NCBI RefSeq assembly: GCF_001194135.2
Contig: NC_069001.1
Location: 18,094,380 to 18,142,443, forward strand
Length of the DNA stretch: 48,064 bases
Direction: 5' to 3'
From: Octopus bimaculoides
Lineage: Eukaryota
Shown here: positions 47,564-48,064 of the stretch, one piece after another
Numbering within the stretch: position 1 is the first letter of the stretch
Layout of the letters: each line of letters starts with the position of its first letter
Notes under the pieces: model-generated
What the model was told of the DNA's origin: nothing
Database searches by the model: none
Seen by the model: the letters and a program-made list of their open reading frames with translations, nothing else
Program-made: the position numbers and the translations under genes

Positions 47564-48064
47564 CCAAATGGAAAGAGAGAGAGAGAGTAGGAAACAGCAA
47601 AAGTGTAAGAGAGAGTAGAAGAGAGATGGTGAAGTGTTAGGGTATACTCACAAGTAATAAGAATATGAACATAGAACCTGGTTAAAAAAATACAGAATGG
47701 GTGTGGATGGTGGGGTGTGTGGGGAGTAGTGATACAGTGAGCATGGCAGTGAGGGCAAGAAAGGGGATTGGAAAACAATCATAATGTATGAGGAGGAAAT
47801 GTGAGGAAGAGGAAGATGCAATTAGAAAAGGGGTTCTAATTTGATTTCTTAGGGTAGAGTGGGTGAAAAGAGTGTTGTTACATGTGGGTGGGACACAACT
47901 CTTCTAGCACTCAGTTTTGTGGACAGGTCTTCCCTAGGACCCCATATTGAGCCCCAACATCCTAAGATCAGTCCTCACCACTTCATCCCATGTCTTCCTA
48001 TATATCTATATATATAGACAGGACAAAATAATGGAAACACCTAGCATCATAGCATCATAATTTT

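Noticed and set aside
45452-48064. Upstream MYO6 exon or promoter
   Set aside because: No exon encoding the expected ...DN(C) phase-1 end was found; the region is TE and simple repeat, so the 5' exons lie beyond the window.

Overview
AT-rich, repeat-dense animal genomic DNA, most likely from an octopus or other coleoid cephalopod. That assignment is inferred from my recollection of the SINE, RTE and mariner families and was not verified by search. The window lies inside one gene on the minus strand: unconventional myosin VI (MYO6/jaguar). I traced 21 consecutive GT-AG coding exons (45451 down to 1370; 2656 nt; frame continuous across every junction). They encode the motor domain (P-loop GESGAGKT, switch I NNNSSRFG, switch II DIAGFE), insert 1, the insert-2 reverse gear, the IQ motif, the 3-helix bundle and the start of the SAH. 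The N-terminal exons and the cargo-binding tail lie outside the window. The introns hold decayed transposons: several Tc1/mariner families, a Ty3/gypsy LTR element lacking RT/RNase H, RTE, CR1/L2 and RLE LINE fragments, hAT, piggyBac and mariner-type MITEs, and tRNA-SINEs. There are four assembly gaps. Most ORFs in the supplied track are spurious. I found no clear-cut new multi-gene system. The best leads are: (i) a shortened insert 1 and loop 2 and a tandem splice donor in myosin VI; (ii) several intronic fold-backs that are candidate ADAR substrates; (iii) an unassigned ~45-bp motif present five times in the same orientation; (iv) a ~270-bp direct repeat flanking one exon; (v) non-autonomous TE lineages (RT-less LTR element, shared-deletion mariner). 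Comparisons with human MYO6 are from memory and need checking by alignment.
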